Source of the DNA: Thermoprotei archaeon
GTDB taxonomy: Archaea > Thermoproteota > Thermoprotei > Thermoproteales > B15-G16
Direction of reading: 5' to 3'
Assembly: GCA_003649205.1 (NCBI GenBank)
Contig: QMRC01000002.1
Span: 224,001-288,000, forward strand
Length of the DNA stretch: 64,000 nt
The position numbers were made by a program, and so were the translations under genes. Under the pieces are notes generated by a model. The model saw nothing but the letters and a program-made list of their open reading frames with translations. It was not told the origin of the DNA and did no database searches. Shown piece by piece: positions 51,060 through 61,212 of the stretch (position 1 is the stretch's first letter; the number at the start of each line of letters is the position of its first letter).

Positions 51060-51875
51060 TTATGTAGTGAAGATCTTTGCTATTGGTGGTGTTCTTCTCT
51101 TGTGCTCTGTTGTCCTCACCATCTCAAGTACTTTATCGACTACCTTCTTGGGTACTCCAGTTACTTCAGGTACTCTCTCTGGTTCAATTCCTCTATCGAA
51201 AACTGCGTGTAAAACTAGGTCAACTTCTTCGTATCTCACACCTAGCTCTTCTTCAGCCATGTGACCTGGCCATAGTCTTGGACTACTTGGTTTGTAGGCT
51301 ATTCTCTCAGGTACTCCTAGGTAGACTGCTAGTGCTCTTACCTGTGTTTTGTAGAGGTCTCCTAGTGGTAGTATGTCTACTGCTCCATCTCCGTACTTCG
51401 TGAAGTACCCTATGAGTAACTCACTCTTATCACTCGCACCAACTACAAGACCATTGAACTCATTAGCTACTGTGTAGAGGAGTACTGCTCTAGTTCTTGC
51501 CCTTATATTTCCGACTGTCTTGTACGATAGTTCCCTACCAAAGCTACTCGATACTTTCTCACTGAACTGATCAACTAACTCATCTATGTAGATGATCCTG
51601 TACTCTATCTTTAATGCACTCACTAGATCTATAGCATCCTTGATATCTACTTCAGGTGTTGTTCTGCTATCTGGCATTATGAGTGCGATGATGTTCTCTG
51701 GACCAACAGCTCTCGTACATAGGTACACTGTCGTGCTTGAATCGACACCACCACTGACACCTACGATCAGCTTCTTGACACCACTATTCTCGTAATGGTA
51801 CTTAATAAAGTCAAGTATCTTCTTAGTCACTGTCTCTCTATCGAACTTTAGTAAGTCCTCGATCGTTATCCTCAC
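51060..51875 (-). CDS. nadE: NH3-dependent NAD+ synthetase
   Basis: SGGVDS, GNIRAR, GYFTKYGDG, DLYKTQV, EHKR. Confidence 0.95.
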   Translation of the reverse strand: MRITIEDLLKFDRETVTKKILDFIKYHYENSGVKKLIVGVSGGVDSSTTVYLCTRAVGPENIIALIMPDSRTTPEVDIKDAIDLVSALKIEYRIIYIDELVDQFSEKVSSSFGRELSYKTVGNIRARTRAVLLYTVANEFNGLVVGASDKSELLIGYFTKYGDGAVDILPLGDLYKTQVRALAVYLGVPERIAYKPSSPRLWPGHMAEEELGVRYEEVDLVLHAVFDRGIEPERVPEVTGVPKKVVDKVLEMVRTTEHKRRTPPIAKIFTT

Positions 51876-51997
51876 GATACCACCAACTACATCAGTGAAC
51901 TCGAAGATATTTACGACTTCGCTGGTTACTCGATATGTGGGACTAGACCGAATCCAGTAAATCCTTATAACTTAGGTATTACTGATTACGTAGATCG

Positions 51998-52731
51998 GTG
52001 ATACATCTGAGAGGGTACTATTCCCAGTACTCATAACCCTACTCGTGATCACATTGTTAGTGATGCCTCAAGCCCTCTGTGAGAATAAGCCTATTGTCGT
52101 TACCACAACCTCTGTTTTAGGTAGTACAGTTCGTGATCTTGCTCTGATCTCGTTGACGTAGTCGTAATAGCTACACCTACAGTGTGTCCTGCTCACTACG
52201 ACATTAAGCCTAGCGATGTCGAGGTCTTAAGAGAGCTATCGTGGTTCTCTACCACGGCTTTGAACCCTGGGTTGAGACTTTGGTTAAGGCATCCGGTACC
52301 AAGGCTAAGTTAGCGAAGATTCCTGGACCTTGGAATACACCTATTGAGCTAGCTAAGAGGTATAGGGCTGTAGCATTAGCTCTTGAGGAAGTTCTTGGAG
52401 TTAAGCTTAGAGGTGGATTGAGCAAGTGCTTGAAGGCTATCAACGAGACTGGTGCTGAGTTAGAGACACTAGCTGAGAGACTCGGTATTGTTCACGTTGC
52501 TTTGACGAGTTTTCCAGGTACTGAACTTGGTCTCAATAATGTGTGACTTCCACCATGAGGTACAATGTTGAGAAACTCATAGCTGCTATCAAGGAGGTTG
52601 AGGTACTGAGTAAGGTTAGGTCGTACCTAGCTGAGTTCACTACTCTAAGGAGCTTAGTGTACGTTCTAATAATTGCTGTCGCTGCTGAACTAGCTGTAAT
52701 TGTTATCTTATATGCTTTATCTGAGGATTAG
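51998..52731 (+). pseudogene. Frameshifted metal ABC substrate-binding protein (ZnuA/TroA-like)
   Basis: Fragments KPIVVTTTSVLGS / CPAHYDIKPSD / YHGFEPW and a C-terminal TM are split by frame breaks. Confidence 0.75.
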
Positions 52732-52746
52732 AGGAGGTGATTTCCG

Positions 52747-53154
52747 GTGAAGTACCTAACAATTGAGGAGGCATCTATCTTCCATGGTCATCTAGGCCCA
52801 TTCCTAGCTCTTGGATACGTAGCTGGTAGGTTCTGTGTTGAGGTTCTTAAACCCGAAACTGAGCACGATCTAGAGGCTGTGGTCAAGGTACCTCTCCGTA
52901 CACCATATACCTGCATTCTCGACGGTATTCAGTGTAGTACAAAGTGCACCCTAGGTAAGGGCAATATCAGGGTTGAGAAGGGTAGTGAGGACGATATAGT
53001 AATCACAATTAGGTCTAAGAGGACAAGTCGTGGAGTTGTGTTGAAGGTTAAGAACGAGGTCATTGCTAGAATACTTAGCATGGATTTGGAGAAGGGTGCT
53101 AGATACGTCCTAAGTAGGGGAATTGATGAGCTATTCGATGTTCAGTATGTTTAA
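52747..53154 (+). CDS. FmdE-family protein
   Basis: FHGHLGP, CILDGIQ..CTLGKGN. Confidence 0.9.
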   Translation: MKYLTIEEASIFHGHLGPFLALGYVAGRFCVEVLKPETEHDLEAVVKVPLRTPYTCILDGIQCSTKCTLGKGNIRVEKGSEDDIVITIRSKRTSRGVVLKVKNEVIARILSMDLEKGARYVLSRGIDELFDVQYV

Positions 53155-53854
53155 AGTTCCTCCCATAGCATTGAATAGGGAGTACGCCGTTGAGCTGTGT
53201 AACGTATCTACCACGTACTTTGGATCCAGGACGCCGGCTATACGCAACGTGAATCTAAGGATTAGGTACGGTGAATTTATTTTGATTACTGGACCTAATG
53301 GTGCTGGTAAGACAACATTACTTGAGACCATTCTTGGTCTACTAACTCCCTCATCAGGTACAGTTAAGGTATTTGGTCATGATGTCTCTAAGAGAGCTAA
53401 ATTAATCAGGAGATACTGTAGCTACGTACCACAGGACTTCATGAAGGAACCATACGAAGTATTCACGGTGTACGAAGTAATTAAGCAAGGTCTCGTTACC
53501 TGTCACTACAGACCTAAGGACGTTGACAAGGAGATACGTGAGGTATCTAAGCTACTTGGTATTGAGGACCTACTCACGAGACCAATTGGTTCTTTAAGCG
53601 GTGGACAGCAACAGAGAGTATTCATCGCTAGAGCACTCATCAGAAGACCGTACCTACTACTCCTAGATGAGCCATTTAGCAATCTAGATCGTGACTCAAG
53701 AACTGAACTAGCTGAGGTACTGTCTAAGCTATGTACTGACTCAGGTACCACCATTGTGATGGTGTCTCACGATCTGTCGACCATACCGAGAGCCTGTACA
53801 CGAGTAGTATCAATGATCAATGGATCAATAGTCTCCATAAGTGAGGTGAAGTAG
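53147..53854 (+). CDS. Metal ABC transporter ATPase (ZnuC-like)
   Basis: GPNGAGKT, LSGGQQQR, LLDEP. Confidence 0.9.
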   Translation: MFKVPPIALNREYAVELCNVSTTYFGSRTPAIRNVNLRIRYGEFILITGPNGAGKTTLLETILGLLTPSSGTVKVFGHDVSKRAKLIRRYCSYVPQDFMKEPYEVFTVYEVIKQGLVTCHYRPKDVDKEIREVSKLLGIEDLLTRPIGSLSGGQQQRVFIARALIRRPYLLLLDEPFSNLDRDSRTELAEVLSKLCTDSGTTIVMVSHDLSTIPRACTRVVSMINGSIVSISEVK

Positions 53855-53877
53855 GTACGAGTACCTTAGCACTAGCA

Positions 53878-54690
53878 TTGGTAGCTGCAGCTCTCACAGG
53901 TTCGCTCTGTGGACTTTCAGGACTACTCATAACTAGGCTCGGTCTAACAACTATCTGCTTCACGATAGCACATGCAGCGTTGGCAGGTGCAACACTAGGT
54001 CTCGTACTGTCTATAGAGCCAATTGCTGTAGCTCTAGTATTCGCTATTGTGATTGCTGCACTACTCAGCGTACTGATGACGATGCTTAGGGTACCTGTCG
54101 ACCTCATATCCATGAGCTTCTTCTCACTCTACACAGCGCTAGCACTTCTCTTCATCTACCTAACACCTGGAACAGCAATGGCAACTCAAGTCCTTAGCAC
54201 TGTACTGTGGGGCAGTGTACTGGCTATGACGTACGAATACATCACGTACATAGCTATCCTACTCATAGCCTACATCACGTACTTAGTACTGTACATGGAT
54301 AGGGTACTCATGGTGTTGTTCGACCTGAAGCTAGCTGAGGCTGAGGGTTTGGATACACGATCAGTACTTATGACACTGCTCCTACTCTCTAGCTTCGTAA
54401 TCTCTGTATCACTTAAGCTAACAGGTGGGTTCCTGGTCTTCACCATATTCTATGGACCAGCTCTAGCTACGTTGAATCTCAATGTACGTAGTGTGAGGAA
54501 AATGTTAGCTACGTCACCACTAATAGGAGCGATGTGCAGTATAGCTGGCGTCATAGTGAGTTACGTACTCGATCTACCTGTAGGATGCTGTATAGTGCTA
54601 TCGATGTGTACTGTTGTAGCAGCTACATCACTTCGTAGATTAATTGAGGTTGTGAGGAAGGCGGCACCCATGATCACGAGATTCAGGTAG
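53878..54690 (+). CDS. Metal ABC transporter permease (ZnuB-like)
   Basis: IAHAALAG, LWGSVL, FDLKLAEAEG. Confidence 0.88.
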   Translation: MVAAALTGSLCGLSGLLITRLGLTTICFTIAHAALAGATLGLVLSIEPIAVALVFAIVIAALLSVLMTMLRVPVDLISMSFFSLYTALALLFIYLTPGTAMATQVLSTVLWGSVLAMTYEYITYIAILLIAYITYLVLYMDRVLMVLFDLKLAEAEGLDTRSVLMTLLLLSSFVISVSLKLTGGFLVFTIFYGPALATLNLNVRSVRKMLATSPLIGAMCSIAGVIVSYVLDLPVGCCIVLSMCTVVAATSLRRLIEVVRKAAPMITRFR

Positions 54691-55365
54691 CTACGGGCTA
54701 GTCCTCGCATAGGGACAAATCGACTTGTATATGCAGTACTGGCACTCCCACTCAAATCTTGGGTGTGCTAAGTTCTCTAGAGTTTCCTTAACTAGCTTAG
54801 CAACATCGTCATCCGTTAAGTACTCACTTACCTCAATTAACTTGAGACCAGCATCAGGACATACGTAGAGTAGGAATGAGTACTTAGCTCCTGTCAACCA
54901 CCTATATAGCATTACCTGAAGCTTGTGATGATCATACGGTATCTTAGGGCTCCTAGTGAACTTTATATCCACCACAACTTCAGGTACCTCTCCCTTAAGC
55001 AACACGATATCAGGTGTACCAATGACGGTAACAACTCTGTTACCTAAGTTAACTAACTTAGTGAACTCCCTCTCGTAGACAATAACGTAGTCACCAAGTT
55101 TCTCACCAAGAACACGTGTAAAACCCTCATGAATTAACTCACCAACAATCGGTGACACACCATGAGCAGTAACCCAAGACTGAATGTAATTACCACTGAG
55201 ATCAAATACCCTCCTCTGACTACAGGTAACTAACTCATGAACAAACACAGCATCTTGAACACTCAATACACTACGTCTCACATGGTACTTCCTAAACCAG
55301 TGATCTAAGATAGCTCTGTATATGAGGGTACTCAACTCACTAACAACTGAACTCATAGGAACCAC
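54691..55365 (-). CDS. Solo Cas4-like PD-(D/E)XK nuclease with Fe-S cysteines
   Basis: ELVTC, GELIH, GTPD, DIK, QVMLY, ECQYCIYKSICP. Confidence 0.82.
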   Translation of the reverse strand: MVPMSSVVSELSTLIYRAILDHWFRKYHVRRSVLSVQDAVFVHELVTCSQRRVFDLSGNYIQSWVTAHGVSPIVGELIHEGFTRVLGEKLGDYVIVYEREFTKLVNLGNRVVTVIGTPDIVLLKGEVPEVVVDIKFTRSPKIPYDHHKLQVMLYRWLTGAKYSFLLYVCPDAGLKLIEVSEYLTDDDVAKLVKETLENLAHPRFEWECQYCIYKSICPYARTSP

Positions 55366-55691
55366 GTAGTGATGTTACGTGAAACGAAATAAAGCTAACT
55401 ACTAAGCGACATATGCTCAACCGAACTACATAGTCTCTCTAGAGAATATGAGGAGTCAACATAAACCCCTCGTGTAAATATGTGAATAATTGAGACCAGA
55501 GCTATTCAATGGAGTTTCGAGCAAGTGCTAAATACCCTTCTATATCGTGTATCAGAAAACTAATGACAAACTGAACAAATGTATAATACAGCTTATACAG
55601 ATTAGGAGAGACTAGGTGACCTAGGTAAAGTAGTTAGACATAGGTAACTTATATTTCTTCATGTGAAGCTAGAGATGATGGGGTTGTAGTC

Positions 55692-57263
55692 ATGTCTGCT
55701 CCTGCAGGTAGGATAATCTACGCAGTACTAGGTCTTATCATCATAGCTATAATCCTATCAGGTATATCGATTTACTATGCCTCAGTAGCTGCATCAGCAG
55801 TTAGTGAGGTAGCTAAGGAGATTAGGACTCTCAGATCAGAGGTAGCAGGACTACCAACTAAGGTAGCTGAGGCAGTTAAGGGTGTAGTACCACCACCAGC
55901 CAAACCGCCAGCACCACCAGCACCACCAAAACCAAAGGTAACGCTCACCATAGAGTATGGTGAGCCATGGAAGATGTGGGTTGACATGGCTATATCGAAG
56001 TTCAAGGAGAAGTACCCAGAAGTCGAGATCAAGCCAATGATGATACCGTACGGTGTTGAGTTCAGTACCAAGATCACACTAGACCTAAAGGCAGGTACTG
56101 CAGGAGACATAGTGATCTACGACAGCTTCATGACAGCGGAGTACGCAACAGCTGGATTACTACTAGACCTAACAGACTTCGTCAAGACGTGGCCAGATTG
56201 GGACAAATTCCCAGAGCCAATGAAGAAGATCGTAAGCTTCGGTGGTAAGATCTATGGTGTAATGATTGATACAGACGTGAGAATGATTTGGTACAGAAAG
56301 GACATCTTCAAGCTAGCTGGATTACCAGAGGAGTGGCAGCCAAAGACATGGGATGACATAATCAAGGCAGCACTTAAGCTAAAGGAAGCAGAGGACAAGA
56401 TAATGAAGGCACTAGGTATCAGAGAGTTCTACCCAATCTACATACCAGCAGGTACGATATGGGCCGAAGCAACAACAATGCAAGGCTTCTACATGCTACT
56501 ACTCGGTGCAGATGCACCACCATACAATAGACTATATGACTACAAGACAGGTAAGTGGATCGCTGCATCACCAGCAATCTACTACGCATTCAAGTTCTAC
56601 TACGACATCTACGTGAAGCATAAGGTAGCACCAGTAGAGTACAACTTCGCAAGAGACGTCTGGGGTACACATAGAAAGGCCTTCGCTAAGGGCAACATAG
56701 CAATGGAGCTAGGTGGTTCATGGGAGTGGGGAGAAGGTTGGGGACCAAAGGGTGTAGAACCAATACCTGATAGGGAGAAGAAAGTAGGGTTTGCTAAGAT
56801 GCCGGGCAGGACAGGTGGTGCGGCAGGTGAACCAAAGTGGGTAACCATCTCAGGAGGTTGGGCAGTTGGCATCAATGCTAAGATAGCTAAGGAGAAGGTA
56901 AAGTACGCTTGGGAATTCATTAAGATACTATGTAGCAAGGAGGTTCTAGCAAAGTGCTGTGCTACATATGGTAAGGTGTGTCCGAGAATTGATGCGGTTG
57001 AGGTACCAGAGTATGCAAAGGATCCATACCTAGTCAAGGTCCTAGAGTACGTCAAGTTCACAGATTATAGAGATGCATTACCAGGATATAGTAAGGTAAG
57101 CTTCTTCATACAGAAGGTAACTGAGGAGATCATAACAAAGAGCATAACACCAGAGAAAGCAGTTGAGAGGTTCTACAAGCTAATGGTAGATGAGTTCGGT
57201 AAGGACAAGGTGGAGATAGTCAAGCCAGAGGAGTTAGCTAAGCTAGGTGTCAAGCTAGAGTAA
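55692..57263 (+). CDS. Sugar ABC transporter substrate-binding protein
   Basis: N-terminal TM, Pro-rich linker, WYRKDIF, PKTWDD, SGGW. Confidence 0.9.
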   Translation: MSAPAGRIIYAVLGLIIIAIILSGISIYYASVAASAVSEVAKEIRTLRSEVAGLPTKVAEAVKGVVPPPAKPPAPPAPPKPKVTLTIEYGEPWKMWVDMAISKFKEKYPEVEIKPMMIPYGVEFSTKITLDLKAGTAGDIVIYDSFMTAEYATAGLLLDLTDFVKTWPDWDKFPEPMKKIVSFGGKIYGVMIDTDVRMIWYRKDIFKLAGLPEEWQPKTWDDIIKAALKLKEAEDKIMKALGIREFYPIYIPAGTIWAEATTMQGFYMLLLGADAPPYNRLYDYKTGKWIAASPAIYYAFKFYYDIYVKHKVAPVEYNFARDVWGTHRKAFAKGNIAMELGGSWEWGEGWGPKGVEPIPDREKKVGFAKMPGRTGGAAGEPKWVTISGGWAVGINAKIAKEKVKYAWEFIKILCSKEVLAKCCATYGKVCPRIDAVEVPEYAKDPYLVKVLEYVKFTDYRDALPGYSKVSFFIQKVTEEIITKSITPEKAVERFYKLMVDEFGKDKVEIVKPEELAKLGVKLE

Positions 57264-57310
57264 TCTCTCACGCCTTAGTTCTTCAACTTTTTCTCTCTTT
57301 CACGTTTTTC
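57263..57310 (+). terminator. Pyrimidine/T-rich putative terminator after the SBP gene
   Basis: CTTTTTCTCTCTTT..GTTTTT tracts. Confidence 0.35.
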
Positions 57311-57369
57311 CTCACGTGGTAACCCCTTTATCTGTCCTCAGTTGAAGTAGTTACATGTGGTGGGGGTAG

Positions 57370-58257
57370 ATGGGTTTACCGGCTGAGCTTACAGGTAGAT
57401 TACTACTCCTACCAGCGCTAGTGTTGATTGGTCTCTTCGTTATATTTCCTGTTGCCTGGGGTGTCTACATTAGCTTTACGGACATGACGTTAGTAGGTCC
57501 TAAAGCTGTGAAGTACGGATTCGTTATGTTCAAGAACTACCTAAGACTCTTAGCAGATCCAGATTTCTGGAATTCACTACGTGTTAGCTTTCTGTTTACC
57601 GTGTTCTCTGCTCTCATAGGTCAAGCTTCTTTAGGATTAGCACTAGCGCTTGTGCTTAGGATGGAGGGTATTAAAGGTAAGACCGCTGTAGCTCTCGTAG
57701 TATTTATTGCCTGGATCATACCAGAAGTAGTTGCTGGCTTCACATGGGGTTCTTTCGCTATGAAGTGGGGTTACCTCAATGCTATGCTCGATCCCATATA
57801 TAGACTACTGGGTATGAAGTACATTAACTGGCTCTACGAGAAGCCACTAGAGACAATAATCATAGCTAACATCTGGAGAGGTACGGCTTTCTCCATGATT
57901 CTCTTCACAGCAGCACTAGAGAGCATACCGAAGTTCCTCTATGAAGCTGCTGAAGTTGATGGTGCTAGTTCGTGGCAGAAGTTCAGGTACATAACCTTCC
58001 CACTTCTATCCTACGCCATACTCATCGACTTCATACTCATCACCATCTGGACATTCATGGTCTTCACAATGATCTACGTAATGACTGGAGGAGGTCCAGG
58101 TACAGCTACTGAGCTATGGACAATATTCGTCTACAAAAGAGCATTCACACCACCTTACACACTAGGCTACGCTGCTGCAGCTGCTAACATCATGTTCATG
58201 ATAGTTCTAGCACTCATAGTCACGTACCTGGTAATGATTAGGAGGATTAGGTGGTGA
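57370..58257 (+). CDS. Sugar ABC permease
   Basis: LYEAAEVDGAS EAA loop. Confidence 0.92.
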   Translation: MGLPAELTGRLLLLPALVLIGLFVIFPVAWGVYISFTDMTLVGPKAVKYGFVMFKNYLRLLADPDFWNSLRVSFLFTVFSALIGQASLGLALALVLRMEGIKGKTAVALVVFIAWIIPEVVAGFTWGSFAMKWGYLNAMLDPIYRLLGMKYINWLYEKPLETIIIANIWRGTAFSMILFTAALESIPKFLYEAAEVDGASSWQKFRYITFPLLSYAILIDFILITIWTFMVFTMIYVMTGGGPGTATELWTIFVYKRAFTPPYTLGYAAAAANIMFMIVLALIVTYLVMIRRIRW

Positions 58258-59111
58258 TGAGTATGGTGTACATGCCAAGAGCATTTACTCGATTACTACC
58301 AGTGTACATCTTCATGGCTGTAGTCTTCGTATTCTTTGCTGCACCACTCGCCTGGCTTATCATAACTGCATTTGATCCAGAGGCCTCAGCGGAATTTCAC
58401 GTACCTAAGGGAGTAACTACGAAGTGGTTCTCCGAGTTAATTAAGCCTGTAGGTGGTAAGTACGCTAAGGTCTATCCGTGGATGTGGATCGTCAATAGCC
58501 TCATAATATCTACAGCTGTCGCTACGTTGGTTACGGCCCTATCCGTGCTAAGTGCTTTCTCACTAACCAGGTACAGCTTCAGAGGTCAAAGTGCAGTCCT
58601 AAACCTCTTCATAATACTGAGACTAATGCCACCAATGGTAATAGCCGTACCTATCGTTGTGCTCTTCGCTAAGTTGGCACTAGTGAACACGTACCATGGA
58701 CTAATACTCGTGATGTCAGCACTCATACTACCATTTACCCTACTCATAGCTGACGGCTACTTTAGGACAATACCGTCAGTGTACGAGGAGGCGGCTATGG
58801 TTGATGGATGTTCAAGACTTAAGGCATTTCTCAAGATTACGCTACCGCTAGCAACACCAGGTATAGTCACAATATGGTTACTAGCATTCGTCACTGCCTG
58901 GGGTGAGTTCCTAATGCCATTAGTCCTCATAGGTGACCCGTACCTCTACCCAGCATCGATAGGTATCTACTACTGGTTCGGTATGTATGGTAGGATCGAG
59001 TACGGTAGAATATGTGCATTCTCCATAGTGTACTCAATACCGTCAATAGTGGTGTTCCTCATTACTAGGAAGTACCTACAGAGAGGTATTGCTGGTCTAG
59101 TGACGAGGTAA
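58251..59111 (+). CDS. Sugar ABC permease
   Basis: EEAAMVDGCS EAA loop, WGEF. Confidence 0.92.
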   Translation: MVMSMVYMPRAFTRLLPVYIFMAVVFVFFAAPLAWLIITAFDPEASAEFHVPKGVTTKWFSELIKPVGGKYAKVYPWMWIVNSLIISTAVATLVTALSVLSAFSLTRYSFRGQSAVLNLFIILRLMPPMVIAVPIVVLFAKLALVNTYHGLILVMSALILPFTLLIADGYFRTIPSVYEEAAMVDGCSRLKAFLKITLPLATPGIVTIWLLAFVTAWGEFLMPLVLIGDPYLYPASIGIYYWFGMYGRIEYGRICAFSIVYSIPSIVVFLITRKYLQRGIAGLVTR

Positions 59112-59117
59112 AGTTAA

Positions 59118-59166
59118 TCAGCGCTACTTGGTTTCTTCACCCATCAGTAGAGGGACTGCTCATCAC
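59118..59166 (-). ncRNA. Box C/D guide sRNA candidate
   Basis: GTGATGA-GCAGTCCCTCTA-CTGA-tggg-TGAAGA-AACCAAGTAGCG-CTGA; D' guide is complementary to 16S-type UAGRGGGACUGC. Confidence 0.88.
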
Positions 59167-59230
59167 CACTACCCCACTTGAATTACGTACTTAAAGGTGT
59201 ACCACTCTTACAAGTAACTGAGGGGGTTTC

Positions 59231-59533
59231 TTGCCATCTCTCGTAGTTAGTGATGAGGTGTATAGGAAGTTCCTCAGACTAAAGAGCGAGTTAGAGCTAG
59301 TAGCTTCAAGACCTCTCAGCGTTAGTGAAGCTCTTGATATGATTCTCAGATATGCTGAGTTTGCTCTAGCCTCTGGACCTAGATTTCGTGAGTTTAGAAT
59401 TAAGTTAACGAGGTTAAGGTCTAGAATTGACTTTGAAACCCTACGAATAGCTATCAGTGATCTAAGGAGTAGTGAAGAGGAGGTGCTTAGTAAGGTTGAG
59501 GAAGTATGTCTTAGATACCGTACTATGGGTTGA
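59231..59533 (+). CDS. Putative VapB-type antitoxin
   Basis: RHH-like SLVVSDEVYRKFLRLK; overlaps the PIN gene. Confidence 0.6.
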   Translation: MPSLVVSDEVYRKFLRLKSELELVASRPLSVSEALDMILRYAEFALASGPRFREFRIKLTRLRSRIDFETLRIAISDLRSSEEEVLSKVEEVCLRYRTMG

Positions 59534-59915
59534 GTACCTGATAGGTAGTGATGTAGGTAAGGTGATTGCTAAGATCATAGAGAATCCACAGGTGATCATC
59601 ATCGTACCACTGACTCAGCTAGCTGAGCTACACTACGTAGTACTGAGGACTCTTGGTGAAGATGTTGCTAGTGAATTCACAAGTACAGTACTTAGCGAGA
59701 CAGTAGTCGATGTTGGTGATCCCCAGACATACCTACTAGCTGCTGAGCTAAAGGCTAGGTACTTCCATAACCTAAGCCTATCAGAGTGCATCCTAGTTGC
59801 TACTGCTAGGAAGTTCTCTGCCTCACTAGTACTACGTAGTGAAGTTATTAATCAGGTAAAGGAGATGGGTAGTGAACTAGGTATTGAAGTGCTTGGTGTT
59901 GAGGACATTAAGTGA
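59496..59915 (+). CDS. PIN-domain (VapC-like) protein
   Basis: YVLDT, LAEL, LSLSECILVATA. Confidence 0.82.
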   Translation: MRKYVLDTVLWVEYLIGSDVGKVIAKIIENPQVIIIVPLTQLAELHYVVLRTLGEDVASEFTSTVLSETVVDVGDPQTYLLAAELKARYFHNLSLSECILVATARKFSASLVLRSEVINQVKEMGSELGIEVLGVEDIK

Positions 59916-59960
59916 TGAGACCTCCTCTCACTGAGAGGTGAGGAGAGGGTAAGGTGCTGA
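59912..59960 (+). ncRNA. Box C/D guide sRNA candidate (C box includes the vapC stop codon)
   Basis: GTGATGA-GACCTCCTCTCA-CTGA-gagg-TGAGGA-GAGGGTAAGGTG-CTGA; ACCTCCTCTCA is complementary to 16S UGAGAGGAGGU. Confidence 0.88.
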
Positions 59961-60010
59961 TCAGCAGCGCAGTGGGTTCTTCACCTATCTGCCGCTGCTC
60001 CCCTCATCAC
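59961..60010 (-). ncRNA. Box C/D guide sRNA candidate
   Basis: GTGATGA-GGGGAGCAGCGG-CAGA-tagg-TGAAGA-ACCCACTGCGCTG-CTGA. Confidence 0.82.
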
Positions 60011-60020
60011 GTGATTTAGT

Positions 60021-60146
60021 CTAGATCTCAGTTCTCTTGACGAATCCACATGCACCACATAGCAGCCAGTACGTTCCTCTGTACTTGACTAAACTCAGCT
60101 TAGCACCACACCTAGGACATTTCCTCTCCTCAACCACAGTAATCAC
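60021..60146 (-). CDS. Small zinc-ribbon protein (about 41 aa), not in ORF track
   Basis: KCPRCGAKL...LLCGACGF. Confidence 0.65.
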   Translation of the reverse strand: MITVVEERKCPRCGAKLSLVKYRGTYWLLCGACGFVKRTEI

Positions 60147-60207
60147 CTCGTGATGTTGCTCTAGAGGAGTTAAGTATATTTCCTCAAACCCACTACGTAC
60201 TAAGACG

Positions 60208-60257
60208 GTGATGAGCTGGGTTCAAGACAGATTAGTGAAGAACACGCCCTTCTCTGA
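60208..60257 (+). ncRNA. Box C/D guide sRNA candidate, antisense to the GNAT 3' end
   Basis: GTGATGA-GCTGGGTTCAAGA-CAGA-ttag-TGAAGA-ACACGCCCTTCT-CTGA; TTAAGTATA upstream. Confidence 0.8.
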
Positions 60258-61047
60258 TCCCGTACCAAGCCCACTCATCAATTATCTCAAACCCAACACT
60301 CCTATACGCCCTGATAGCTCTCTCATTACCCTTCTCAACCCATAGAGCTACAGTACTCGTGTGCTCTAGAGCTACCTTAACCATGACCGACGTAATTCTC
60401 TTACCTAACCCACGACCACGGTACTCCGGAGCCACCCAGATGGAGCCTATGAGCCAGATCTCTGGTTCAGCTACGTAGGCAGTACCAACACCAACAACTC
60501 TATCGTCGACAACGATTCCGTACGTGTACCTACTCTTCTTGAGGAGAGGTGCTCTAGACCTAATGAACTCATCACCAGGGTGCCTGGAGATTAGTTCATC
60601 AATTTCCTCTGGACGTAGCTTCCTGTACTCAACATCGAGGATTAGCTTCTCTCTACCTTTCTCAAGCTTCATGATGTAGAATGGAGTTACTGACTCTACA
60701 GCTACATTTGACTGTATTACGTCTCTGAGGTAGTATGGTGCAGACAGCAGTATCTCGTGTTCACGGTATTTGGAGCAGAGCCACTTAACTAGTTCAGGAA
60801 CTACGTCTATGTTATCAGTGTAGAGGATAGCAGCTATGCGTGTTCTAGCTCCTGACTTTAGGAGACCAAGGTATGCTAGTGCATACCCAATCACTCCATC
60901 ATCCATTATGCATGCTATGACATCTGTTACATCTGGCTCATTCCTTATGTCGTGTATTGTGAATGCGTGGAGTACTGGATCTCTAAGTGCGTAGTTAAGT
61001 ACTGCGGTGAAGGAATTTGGTTTGAGTATTACCTTCAGCTGAATCAC
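60232..61047 (-). CDS. GNAT acetyltransferase (FR47-like)
   Basis: VAPEYRGRGLG, NERAIRAYRSVGF. Confidence 0.88.
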   Translation of the reverse strand: MIQLKVILKPNSFTAVLNYALRDPVLHAFTIHDIRNEPDVTDVIACIMDDGVIGYALAYLGLLKSGARTRIAAILYTDNIDVVPELVKWLCSKYREHEILLSAPYYLRDVIQSNVAVESVTPFYIMKLEKGREKLILDVEYRKLRPEEIDELISRHPGDEFIRSRAPLLKKSRYTYGIVVDDRVVGVGTAYVAEPEIWLIGSIWVAPEYRGRGLGKRITSVMVKVALEHTSTVALWVEKGNERAIRAYRSVGFEIIDEWAWYGIREGRVLH

Positions 61048-61161
61048 CTCAAATCGAGTTGCTTAGTTGGGGTTATTTCTCAGTGGTCTTGAGATATCCT
61101 TGAGCTCGGTGTGTTGGATGGGAGATACCTCATAAACTACCTGTACTACGTTAGTTGGTGA

Positions 61162-61210
61162 GTGATGAGCATTACGGGCTCTGAGTGGTGACGACTCGGT
61201 TCTCGGCTGA
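61162..61210 (+). ncRNA. Box C/D guide sRNA candidate
   Basis: GTGATGA-GCATTACGGGCT-CTGA-gtgg-TGACGA-CTCGGTTCTCGG-CTGA. Confidence 0.87.
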
Positions 61211-61212
61211 CT

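Noticed and set aside
55692-59111. Sugar ABC operon without an ATPase
   Set aside because: A shared MalK/MsmX-type ATPase encoded elsewhere is common.
61085-61135. Weak hairpin with TTGA/GGATG ending in ATA
   Set aside because: The stem is too imperfect to call an H/ACA RNA.
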